DNA of 64,000 nucleotides from Acidobacteriota bacterium (lineage in GTDB: Bacteria > Acidobacteriota > Vicinamibacteria > Vicinamibacterales > UBA2999): assembly GCA_018000455.1 (NCBI GenBank), contig JAGNJW010000011.1, positions 28,872 to 92,871 on the forward strand, in the 5' to 3' direction. The position numbers and the translations under genes are program-made. Shown in pieces: positions 25,637 through 33,233 of this stretch; the stretch's first letter is position 1, and each line of letters begins with the position of its first letter. The notes under the pieces are model-generated. The model saw only the letters and a program-made list of their open reading frames with translations, had not been told where the DNA came from and ran no database searches.

Positions 25637-26014
25637 TCAGTGCTTCTGCAACTCGACGACGATCACTTCCATCGGCTCGCTGCCGTTGTTGACGTCGGCG
25701 TGGGTCGTGCCGGGCTTGTCCTCGGTCAGCCAGTAGGCCTTGCCGGATTCCCACACGACCTTCTCCGACTCGCCGGACTTCTGCACGATGTCGAGGGTGC
25801 CGCCCTTGAGCGCGATGAGCGCGCGCGGATGTTCGTGGCGGTGCATCGTGAGGGGCTGCTTCGGCATGATGATGCTCTTCCATACCCGCACGTACTGGTT
25901 CTCGAACTGCGGTTCACGCCGCGTGCCGCTCTGGGCCGTCTGGGCGGCCAGTGTGGCCCCGACGCCGAGCACGGCGCCGATGGCCAGCACGCCGACGGTT
26001 TTCAGGATGCGCAT
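25637..26014 (-). CDS. Secreted cupin-domain protein
   Basis: Signal peptide MRILKTVGVLAIGAVLGVGATLAAQ. Cupin motif HRHEHPRALIALKGG. Confidence 0.7.
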   Translation of the reverse strand: MRILKTVGVLAIGAVLGVGATLAAQTAQSGTRREPQFENQYVRVWKSIIMPKQPLTMHRHEHPRALIALKGGTLDIVQKSGESEKVVWESGKAYWLTEDKPGTTHADVNNGSEPMEVIVVELQKH

Positions 26015-26023
26015 TCTGTCCTC

Positions 26024-26494
26024 CTAACGGACCGCAACGAAGTCGATTTCGATGCGGGCGCCGCGCGGCAGCGCCGCCACCTGCACGGTGGAGCGGGCCG
26101 GCGGCACGCCTCCGGCCGGGAAGTAGGTGCCGTAGATCTCGTTGACCTTCGTGAACTCCGCCAGGTCGACCATGTAGATGGTGGTCTTCACGACGTGGCC
26201 GTAGCCGAGACCCGCTTCCTTCAGCACCGCGCCGAGGTTCTCCATCACCCGCTTGGTCTGGGCCTCGGTGCCGCCGTCGACGATCTGCCCGCTGGCCGGA
26301 TCGATGCCGATCTGGCCCGACAAATATACGGTGCCGCTCGTGCCGACGCCCGGCGAATAGGGCCCAATCGGCGTGACGACGCCTTTATAGGACTGTTTCG
26401 CCGGTGCCTGGGCCCCAGTGGCCGTGCCGTACATCGCGGCGCCGCCGACCAGCGCGCCAACCATCACCCACCCGAAAGACTGCCGAATCATCAT
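26024..26494 (-). CDS. RidA/YjgF-family deaminase with signal peptide
   Basis: GPYSPGV..VYLSGQIGIDPASGQIV..ARSTVQVAALPRGARIEI. Start chosen at the MMIRQSF Met, preceded by AAGGAGCGGAGG. Confidence 0.8.
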   Translation of the reverse strand: MMIRQSFGWVMVGALVGGAAMYGTATGAQAPAKQSYKGVVTPIGPYSPGVGTSGTVYLSGQIGIDPASGQIVDGGTEAQTKRVMENLGAVLKEAGLGYGHVVKTTIYMVDLAEFTKVNEIYGTYFPAGGVPPARSTVQVAALPRGARIEIDFVAVR

Positions 26495-26519
26495 GGACCT
26501 CCGCTCCTTGCGTGGCGCG

Positions 26520-26525
26520 ATTATA
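26520..26525 (-). promoter_or_regulatory. -10 hexamer TATAAT for the ridA-cupin pair (leadered, with SD)
   Basis: The minus strand reads gcgacTATAATcgcgccacgcAAGGAGcGGAGGtccATGATG. Confidence 0.4.
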
Positions 26526-26593
26526 GTCGCCATCGCCGGGTGGCCGCCGGCAGGCACGGTCGACAGCCGTCCCCCGGCGGGCCCGCCGGGGCC

Positions 26594-27509
26594 CTATCGC
26601 ATGCGTGCGAGCGCGGCCAGGCTGGCCAAGCGCGCGGCCTCGCCCGTGGGCGTGGGTGCGGTCTCCATCGCCAGCAGCACCGCCAGCGCGCGCAGCATCT
26701 GCTTGGCGTTCTCGACGCGGGCGAACGTGGCTGGCTCAACCTGCGGGCCGTTGACCCAGAGCGCCGCGTGCGCTTCGATCCACGTCGCCGTCCATGCCTC
26801 GAAGGCCGCCGTGTCGGCGTCGGTCCGGCGCACGGCCGCGTGGAGTGCGGCCGCCAACCGCTCCGGCTCCCCCCATGCGAAGACGGCCTCGCTCCTCTCG
26901 AGCTTGGCGCGGACGGCATCGAGCAGCCGCGCCGAGTGCGACGGCGTCCAGTGGCGGCCGCGGGCCAGGAACTTGAAGGCGTCCGCGGTGTGCGCCACCG
27001 AATGCAGCCAGCCGCGGCCGGTCTCGAAGCCGCGCGTGTCGCGCTCGCGGGCGAAGTAGTCGAGCAGCCGCGCGAAGAGCGCCTCGACCTCGTCGGCGGC
27101 CAGGAACGGCGTGGCCACATCACGCGCGGCGATGAGCGACAGGCACAGCGCCGAGAACGACCGCCTGAGCACGCGGTTGTCGCCGGCGGTGCCGAGCCCG
27201 TCGTCGAAATTCGACGTCCAGAGCGCGATCAGGCGGCGGAGGTCGGCCGGTTCGACGATTGCGTCGCTCACGATCCACTTCGCTGCCGCCGAGTAGGCGA
27301 CCTCGTCGCGCAGCACGGGATCGGGCAAGGCCAGCAGCGTGTTCATCTCGACGAGCAGGCCGGCGGCCGTGTCATCTGCCGGCACGGCGAAGCCGCTCTT
27401 GGCCGAAGGCGATCCACTGCTCACGCGTCCGCGACTGCGCCGCGGCCGGGAGCGCCACGACCACGCCAAGCAGCACCACGAGCGTCGTCAAGACAGTGCG
27501 AGCCCTCAT
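26594..27509 (-). pseudogene. DUF2785-like protein with an apparent frameshift after the signal peptide
   Basis: ATG 27509 opens MRARTVLTTLVVLLGVVVALPAAAQSRTREQWIAFGQ and runs into TGA at 27372. The family body (..KSGFAVPADDTAAGLLVEMNTLLALPDPVLRDEVAYSAAAKWI..) is open in the adjacent frame, track ORF 26594..27469. A 1-nt indel near 27395-27410 would join the two frames. Confidence 0.5.
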
Positions 27510-27515
27510 GCCCGC

Positions 27516-27521
27516 AGTCTA
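27516..27521 (-). promoter_or_regulatory. -10 hexamer TAGACT, 6 nt before ATG 27509 (leaderless-type)
   Basis: The minus strand reads gtgTAGACTgcgggcATGagg. Confidence 0.35.
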
Positions 27522-27571
27522 CACATCCACGCTGCGGTGGGACGAGCGGCGGGACTGACACCTGGCGATCG

Positions 27572-27790
27572 CTACGGCACGACGACGCGGATCTCCTGCG
27601 ACGGCCGTCCGCCGCCGAACTCGTTGCCGCCGCGCAGGCGCAGGTAGTAGGTGCCCGGCGGAACGCTTGCGAACGAGGCGTGCGAGTCGGGCCCGAGGGT
27701 CACTGACAGATCAGTGCGTCCGGGAGCAAGACCGGCCTCGAGGACGAAATGGGAAGCGCCGCCGACGTTCTGCCAGGACAGTGCAACATC
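27572..27790 (-). repeat. Copy 1 of the ~215 bp dispersed-tandem repeat (3' FN3-coding block); bounds approximate
   Basis: The 27599..27658 core cgacggccgtccgccgccgaactcgttgccgccgcgcaggcgcaggtagtaggtgcccgg is shared by all four copies with at most 2 mismatches. Confidence 0.85.
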
Positions 27791-28807
27791 GCGTCCGGTC
27801 ACCGTCGCCGCGAGGCGTCGAGGCGCGCCTGGCGCCGTCATCAGCACCGGGTATTGGCACGCCGCGCGGCCCAGACTGAGCGTTTCGGTGAGGCTGACAT
27901 CACGTCGTGGCTGCGTGCCGGAGGGGTCGATCACGGACAGGTCAGCGTTGAACGAAAACCCGTAGTAGTCGCCACCCCCGGTGAAGAGATAGACCAGCTT
28001 CGTGTGCGGACTGACGGCCAGTCGGGCAGGGCACTTGCCGTCGATCTCGTCGAAGCCCGCCACCTCCTGGAGGTCACGATCGTAGAGCGCAACGCGCGTC
28101 CCCCCGGACAGGAACAGGAGGTCGGCTGCGTCAATCCACCGAGGGATGCCGCCCACGTTGACCTCAGCCACCTGCGCCCCCGTAACGCCGTCGAACGCCT
28201 GCACAGGGGCCAGGCCTATGGTGGCAAACAGCCGAGAGGCGTCTGGCGTCACGGCACTGACGTAGCGAGGCAATCTAACGTGGCGGACAGGCCGGCCATC
28301 CCGTGAGTCGATGGCGACGTACTCCGCGCGGAAGTCGGTGCCGCTGCCAGTGACGCCGTTAAGGACGAAGAGGAGCTCGGCGTGGGGGGCGTAGTGAACG
28401 GGCGGTGGCGACGCGCGCAGGTCTGGTACGGCCAGCAGCAGCGACGACGTCCGAGTCTCCGCATCGAAGACGGCGACCCCGGGTGTCGGCTCGAACACCA
28501 GCAGGAAGACGCGGGGCCGCGCGCGGTCGTAGGCGACTGGCACGCTCAGCGGCAGCGGGATCCGTTCTCCGGTTCGACGATCGATGACGTCAGTGTTCCC
28601 CACGCCATAGCGCCCGCCCCCAACGAGCTCACGCCGAAGCGCCTCCGGAAATGGTCCGACCGGCTCGCCGAACCGTCCCGCGGTTCCGAGCTCCACGTCC
28701 GCCCCGAAGACGAACAGTCGATCTTGGGCGGCAGCCGGCAGCGCAAGCAGGGCGCTGCAAACCACTGCGACGAACGCCGATGTCTTAAGCAACACACGAC
28801 GAAGCAT
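27572..28807 (-). CDS. Secreted beta-propeller-like + C-terminal FN3-like protein, paralog 1 of 4
   Basis: Signal peptide ..ALLALPAAAQDRLF. YVTN-like repeat signatures (VTPDASRLFAT, VSPHTKLVYLFT). C-terminus TAPGAPRRLAATVTGRDVALSWQNVGGASHFVLEAGLAPGRTDLSV..PPGTYYLRLRGGNEFGGGRPSQEIRVVVP. Confidence 0.8.
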   Translation of the reverse strand: MLRRVLLKTSAFVAVVCSALLALPAAAQDRLFVFGADVELGTAGRFGEPVGPFPEALRRELVGGGRYGVGNTDVIDRRTGERIPLPLSVPVAYDRARPRVFLLVFEPTPGVAVFDAETRTSSLLLAVPDLRASPPPVHYAPHAELLFVLNGVTGSGTDFRAEYVAIDSRDGRPVRHVRLPRYVSAVTPDASRLFATIGLAPVQAFDGVTGAQVAEVNVGGIPRWIDAADLLFLSGGTRVALYDRDLQEVAGFDEIDGKCPARLAVSPHTKLVYLFTGGGDYYGFSFNADLSVIDPSGTQPRRDVSLTETLSLGRAACQYPVLMTAPGAPRRLAATVTGRDVALSWQNVGGASHFVLEAGLAPGRTDLSVTLGPDSHASFASVPPGTYYLRLRGGNEFGGGRPSQEIRVVVP

Positions 28808-28827
28808 GAAACACCCCTTGGCCCAGA

Positions 28828-29046
28828 CTACGGCACGGCCACGCGAATCTCACTCGACGGCCGTCCGCCGCCGAACTCGTTGCCACCGCGCAGGCGCAGG
28901 TAGTAGGTGCCCGACGGAACATTGGCGAACGATGCGCGCGAGTCGGGTCCGAGGGCGACCGAGAGATCTGTTCGTCCGGGCGCGAGACCGACCTCGAGGA
29001 CGAAATGCGACGCGCCGCCGACGTTCTCCCACACCAGCGACACCCT
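28828..29046 (-). repeat. Copy 2 of the 3' FN3-coding repeat; bounds approximate
   Basis: Core at 28855..28914, 1256 bp from copy 1. Confidence 0.85.
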
Positions 29047-30111
29047 TTGCCCGTCAACTGACGCCAGGAAATTCCTCGGTGGCCCAGGCGCCGTCAACAG
29101 GTTGAGCGTGCTACACGCGTGCCCTAACGTACTGGAGACTTCGACGTCGCCCACGAGTTGCCCCGCGGCGAGGTCTATCGCCAGCAGCCGCATGGGAATC
29201 GGAAAAAACGAGTTCGCACCGCCGAAGAGCACGTAGGCGCGCGAGGTGTGCGCGCTCACGCGCACCGCGGGCGGGCACGGCGAAGGATAGACCGGCTCGG
29301 CGTTGAGATGCAGCGTCGCCAGCGGGTGGAGGTCGCGATCGAACACGAACACGTCCAGCCCGACCACCACGAGCGAGCCGACGGCGGATTCCCACTGGAA
29401 GGCAACGTACACGTTGGCAGGCGACGGCACTCTGGCGAGTTCAAGCGACGAAATCGCGTCGTAGGCCACCAGTTCGGCAGAGCGCTCCGTTGCGCTGAAG
29501 AGCCGCGCGGCGTCGGACGTGACGGTCCACAGCCGAGACGCCAGTTGGATCGGCCCGCGAACGACCACCGCCGTGGCCGGATCGACGGCCACAACGACCG
29601 GCGGAGCGCAAGGGCTCAAGAAGGTGCACGCCGTGGTCGTCACAAATAGCAAGTCCGCGTCGACCGCATAGCGGGCCACGGCGACACCGGCGCCATCGGT
29701 AGCGACCCGGAAGAGGACGGTTGCGACTCCAGTGGCCATGTCGAACGCAGCCACCGGGTGCTGCGGCGCGGCGGCCTCAGCGGGCAGTTGCACGAACAAG
29801 CGGGGGCGTACCGGATCCGGAGCCAGCACGATGGCACCTGGGGGCAGGGGTCTGGAGGCCCCAGTGCGGAGATCCACGACGGCGTCGCCCCGGACGGCGA
29901 ACCGGCCGCCGCCTGCGACGCCGATGTCCGGAGCCGGCCCGATCCGCTGTCCGAAGCGGCCCAGCGCGCCAAGCTCGTAGTTGCCGGCCGCGAGGCGGTC
30001 CTGCGCAGCGGCAGGTTTGGCCACGGCGAAAGCGACCGCAAAGGCGAGCAGGCCACACGACGCCCGGCGAGTTGTGGAATACGTCGCCGCACGCCAATCC
30101 ACAAGAGTCAT
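28828..30111 (-). CDS. Secreted beta-propeller-like + C-terminal FN3-like protein, paralog 2 of 4
   Basis: Signal ..AFAVAKPAAAQDRL; VTSDAARLFSAT; VSAHTSRAYVLF. Same C-terminal module. The start ATG overlaps the stop of paralog 3 (ATGA). Confidence 0.8.
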   Translation of the reverse strand: MTLVDWRAATYSTTRRASCGLLAFAVAFAVAKPAAAQDRLAAGNYELGALGRFGQRIGPAPDIGVAGGGRFAVRGDAVVDLRTGASRPLPPGAIVLAPDPVRPRLFVQLPAEAAAPQHPVAAFDMATGVATVLFRVATDGAGVAVARYAVDADLLFVTTTACTFLSPCAPPVVVAVDPATAVVVRGPIQLASRLWTVTSDAARLFSATERSAELVAYDAISSLELARVPSPANVYVAFQWESAVGSLVVVGLDVFVFDRDLHPLATLHLNAEPVYPSPCPPAVRVSAHTSRAYVLFGGANSFFPIPMRLLAIDLAAGQLVGDVEVSSTLGHACSTLNLLTAPGPPRNFLASVDGQRVSLVWENVGGASHFVLEVGLAPGRTDLSVALGPDSRASFANVPSGTYYLRLRGGNEFGGGRPSSEIRVAVP

Positions 30112-30326
30112 GGCACCACCACTCGGATTTCATTCGATGGCCGTCCGCCGCCGAACTCGTTGCCGCCGCGCAGGCGCAGGTAGTAGGTGCCCGGCGGGAC
30201 GTTCGCGAACGAGGCGTGCGAGTCGGGCCCGAGGAACACTGACAGATCAGTGCGTCCCGGCGCGAGACCGGCCTCGAGGACGAACCCCGACGCACCGCCG
30301 ACGTTCTCCCACTTGAGTGTGACGCC
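30108..30326 (-). repeat. Copy 3 of the 3' FN3-coding repeat; bounds approximate
   Basis: Core at 30135..30194. It shares long identical runs with copy 1, for example cactgacagatcagtgcgtcc. Confidence 0.85.
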
Positions 30327-31391
30327 GCGGCCGCCGACCGAGGCGCGGAGGTTGCGCGGCGGCCCTGGTGCCGTGCGCACGACGACCGGCAGGCAGCTCC
30401 GGATTACGGATGAGTCGAGCCGTGCGGTTGCTTGCGGTGCCAGAGGCTGCCCAGCGAACGCCGTGACCGCTACCGGCGGCGCACCGTAGTAATCCGAGCC
30501 ACCGGTGGTGACATAGATCCGCTCCGTGTGGGGGCTCGTCTGCACCCGAACGCCGCAGGGGCCTGCGTCTGGAAACGAGGCGCCCCCGAGCGGTGACAGA
30601 TTGGCATCGAAGACCTCAACGCGCCCATCGAAGACGCGAGGCAGCGCGGTCACGACCAGCCAACCGAATGTGTCGTCCCAGGCTACCGAGCGAAGGCCCG
30701 GAGACGTGACGGTTGCCAAGAGCGCGCCCGAGGCCGCACTAAATGCCGACATGCTGCCGCCGCTGCCGAAGACGCCCGGTTCGGCAACGAACAGGCGCGC
30801 GCCGTCCGGCGACGTCTCGAGCATGGCGCCGGGTGGAACCACGACTGCGACGGGGTGCGTGATTGGGCCGGCAGCACCAACGTCGATGGCCAGGACGTCG
30901 GGATCCTGAAACGGGCTGCAGCGGCTGACGAACAACATCTCGACATCGCCCGCAAAGGCGACAGCCGCCTGCGAGCCGAACGTGCCGGGGCAGGCGCCGA
31001 TGCTCGCCAGCGGACGAACCTCGCCGGTTACAGCATCGACCGCGGCGATGACGAGCTCCCCGAGCAGGGTCGGTAGCCCGACGAACACCCGCGGCCGCGC
31101 GCGGTCGAAGGCCACCGGTCGCGCGCCAGCCGGTAGCGGCACCCTGCGTCCGCCGGAGAGATCAAGGACATCGGCGGCTCGCACGGCGAACCGGCCACCG
31201 CCGACAAGCGGCCACGCCAGATCGCCGCCCCGGGCGAGCGGCTGACCAAACCGGCCGAACGCGCCGATCTCGACGACGGAGTCGGAGCCGGTGACGAACA
31301 ACCGATCCTGCGCGGCGGCCGGTGACGCCAGCAAGGCACCGCATACGGAAAGGATGCACGCCAAGGCTCGCAGTCCATGACGACGGATCAT
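30108..31391 (-). CDS. Secreted beta-propeller-like + C-terminal FN3-like protein, paralog 3 of 4
   Basis: Start moved to MIRRHGLRALACILSVCGALLASPAAAQDRLF (GAGGGG 6 nt upstream). TSPDGARLFVAE; TSPHTERIYVTT. Same C-terminal module. Confidence 0.8.
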   Translation of the reverse strand: MIRRHGLRALACILSVCGALLASPAAAQDRLFVTGSDSVVEIGAFGRFGQPLARGGDLAWPLVGGGRFAVRAADVLDLSGGRRVPLPAGARPVAFDRARPRVFVGLPTLLGELVIAAVDAVTGEVRPLASIGACPGTFGSQAAVAFAGDVEMLFVSRCSPFQDPDVLAIDVGAAGPITHPVAVVVPPGAMLETSPDGARLFVAEPGVFGSGGSMSAFSAASGALLATVTSPGLRSVAWDDTFGWLVVTALPRVFDGRVEVFDANLSPLGGASFPDAGPCGVRVQTSPHTERIYVTTGGSDYYGAPPVAVTAFAGQPLAPQATARLDSSVIRSCLPVVVRTAPGPPRNLRASVGGRGVTLKWENVGGASGFVLEAGLAPGRTDLSVFLGPDSHASFANVPPGTYYLRLRGGNEFGGGRPSNEIRVVVP

Positions 31392-31430
31392 GGGATTCCC
31401 CTCGGGCATGGTAGTACCCCCACTAATCAA

Positions 31431-31649
31431 CTACCGCACCTCTACGCGGACTTCACTCGACGGCCGTCCGCCGCCGAACTCGTTCCCGCCGCGCAGGCGC
31501 AGGTAGTAGGTGCCCGGAGGAACGTTGGCGAACGAGGCGTGCGCGTCGGGCCCGAGAAACACCGAGAGGTCTGTGCGTCCCGGCGCGAGACCGATGTCGA
31601 GAATGAACGACGACGCGTCCCCCACGTTACGCCAGGTGAGCGTGAGGTC
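31431..31649 (-). repeat. Copy 4 of the 3' FN3-coding repeat; bounds approximate
   Basis: Core at 31458..31517. Confidence 0.8.
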
Positions 31650-32663
31650 GTGCCCGGCGAGCGATGCGCGGACGTGGCGGGGCGCCCCCGGCGCGGTCAG
31701 CACGCGGAGCGGTCCGCACGACGAGCCGGCGGAGCGGACCACCTCTGCCTCGACCGGCCGGTAGGTGGCGGCATCGAAGACCGAGAGCGTGGACCACGAC
31801 GGCCCGTAGTAGTAGTCCATGCGGTTTACATAGAGCCGTCCGGTGTGCGGGCTGATCGCGAACTGGTGACAGCGTCCACCGACGAAGGCGCTGCCGAGCA
31901 GATCGAGGTCGCGGTTCATCACGAAGACGGTGTGGTTCACGCTCATGAAGAGTCGCTCGTTCAGGTCGTCCCAGAACATCGTGCCCCCGAACCCGAACGG
32001 CTCCAGCGGATCGATAATCGTCAACGCGCCTGACGCCACGTCGAACATCGCGAGATCGGTTAGGCAGAACACCCCCCCGAGGGGCTGCTGGCAGCGCGCG
32101 AAGTACACACGCGACGCATCGGGCGTCACGATCCAGGGCATGGGGCTGACGCCGAACACGAATCTGGTGGTGATGAGCACGTGCCGTCCCGCGGCGTCGA
32201 CGCGAACGAGGTCGTGCTGCTCGGGGGCGCGGAACGACACGCACAACAGCACGTCGGCGGAAGCCGCGTGCTGGCAAGAGAGGTCCGCCGTGGGCCCAGG
32301 CGAGAAGGGGTACGAGAATCCGGTCGCGAGGTCGACGAGCCAGATGGCGTCGGCACGGCCCATGAACACCCGCGGACGGGCGCCATCGAGTGACAGAACG
32401 AAGCCGGGGGCGAGCGATTGCACCGCGCCGGTCCTTAGATCGATCGCCTCGCTGTCCCTGATGGCGAAACGGCCGCCACCGGCCAGTTGCGACAACGGGA
32501 CGTTGGGTGCGGGGCCCAGGTCCTGGCCAAACCGGCCGATGGCGCCCAGTTCGCGGGCGCCCTCGAACAGCCGATCCTGCGCCGCAGCGGGCGTCGCCGC
32601 CAGCACGCCAGCCAACAGCCATGCCATCAGTGCGACGTGTCGACGAAGCCGTCGGGCGCGCAT
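31431..32663 (-). CDS. Secreted beta-propeller-like + C-terminal FN3-like protein, paralog 4 of 4 (first gene of the operon)
   Basis: Start moved to MRARRLRRHVALMAWLLAGVLAATPAAAQDRLF, with AAGGAG 8 nt upstream. VTPDASRVYFAR; ISPHTGRLYVNR. The C-terminal module is the most diverged copy (..EVRVEVR). Confidence 0.8.
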   Translation of the reverse strand: MRARRLRRHVALMAWLLAGVLAATPAAAQDRLFEGARELGAIGRFGQDLGPAPNVPLSQLAGGGRFAIRDSEAIDLRTGAVQSLAPGFVLSLDGARPRVFMGRADAIWLVDLATGFSYPFSPGPTADLSCQHAASADVLLCVSFRAPEQHDLVRVDAAGRHVLITTRFVFGVSPMPWIVTPDASRVYFARCQQPLGGVFCLTDLAMFDVASGALTIIDPLEPFGFGGTMFWDDLNERLFMSVNHTVFVMNRDLDLLGSAFVGGRCHQFAISPHTGRLYVNRMDYYYGPSWSTLSVFDAATYRPVEAEVVRSAGSSCGPLRVLTAPGAPRHVRASLAGHDLTLTWRNVGDASSFILDIGLAPGRTDLSVFLGPDAHASFANVPPGTYYLRLRGGNEFGGGRPSSEVRVEVR

Positions 32664-32706
32664 GAGGTCTGCTCCTTGGGGGGACAAGGTGTCCGACGAT
32701 ATCATA

Positions 32707-32722
32707 AGCAAGCACAGTGCCC
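32707..32722 (-). promoter_or_regulatory. sigma54-type promoter (-24/-12) for the four-paralog operon
   Basis: The minus strand reads GGGCAC-TGTGC-TTGCT with exact GG-N10-GC spacing. It is followed about 35 nt later by AAGGAG and ATG 32663. Confidence 0.5.
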
Positions 32723-32839
32723 GAGCCAGCAAGCCAGCCATGGGGCCGGTATCTGTCAGCCACTCCGAGACTTCGCCTGGGACCCCGTCGACGCGGCGAG
32801 GTCGTTGTGGACTCTACGACTGAGGTATCCCTGACACAC

Positions 32840-32857
32840 TGTGGTCAGCGTGCCACA
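32840..32857. promoter_or_regulatory. Inverted repeat TGTGG-N8-CCACA, possible enhancer-binding-protein site
   Basis: Lies about 118-135 bp upstream of the -24 element and overlaps the mmcQ-like stop codon. Confidence 0.2.
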
Positions 32858-33210
32858 CCGAGCGCGGCCTGCACCTTCTTCGGGAGCTTCGCTCGGACGA
32901 GCGTGTAGCTACCGGCAACGAGCGACGCGATCTCGGCCTCCGGCAGAGCCGACCAGCGCAGGAGCGCCACCCACTTGGCACGCGCGAGGTAGGGCGCCGG
33001 GATGATGTCCTCCTGTTCCAAGAGGGCCGCAAACGTCTCGTCATCGCACTTCAGCGAGCACACGGGCGCATTCGGGTAGAGGGTGTGGTCGGTGCACGCC
33101 ACCGCGAACATCTTGCCGCCCACCTCGAAGACAGCATCGACGCCCCACCGCATCTGCTCGGTGGCGCCGGGGTGCGAGAGGCAGTGCGTCCGGAAGCGAT
33201 CGAGGGTCAT
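32845..33210 (-). CDS. MmcQ/YjbR-family DNA-binding protein
   Basis: The pattern MTLDRFRTHCLSHPGATEQMRWGVDAVFEVGGKMFAV..PAPYLARAKWVAL is typical of the family. Confidence 0.75.
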   Translation of the reverse strand: MTLDRFRTHCLSHPGATEQMRWGVDAVFEVGGKMFAVACTDHTLYPNAPVCSLKCDDETFAALLEQEDIIPAPYLARAKWVALLRWSALPEAEIASLVAGSYTLVRAKLPKKVQAALGVAR

Positions 33211-33216
33211 GGGGCG

Positions 33217-33226
33217 ATGCTACACT
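33217..33226. promoter_or_regulatory. Two overlapping divergent -10 hexamers (TAGCAT on the minus strand, TACACT on the plus strand), both leaderless-type
   Basis: Only 23 bp separate ATG 33210 (-) and ATG 33234 (+). The minus hexamer 33217..33222 is 6 nt from its ATG. The plus hexamer 33221..33226 is 7 nt from its ATG. Confidence 0.4.
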
Positions 33227-33233
33227 CGCCGCC

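Noticed and set aside
27599-31517. Four near-identical ~60 bp repeats at regular spacing of about 1.26-1.32 kb, which might be taken for a CRISPR-like or other non-coding array.
   Set aside because: The repeats lie inside coding sequence, in the FN3-like 3' ends of four paralogous genes. The spacing equals the gene length and there are no short unique spacers.
32664-32741. N-terminal extension of the fourth paralog in the track (start 32741, MAGLLARALCLLMISSDTLSPQGADL..).
   Set aside because: The extension would translate through the AAGGAG ribosome-binding site and the sigma54-type promoter. The Met at 32663 gives a canonical signal peptide homologous to those of the other three paralogs.
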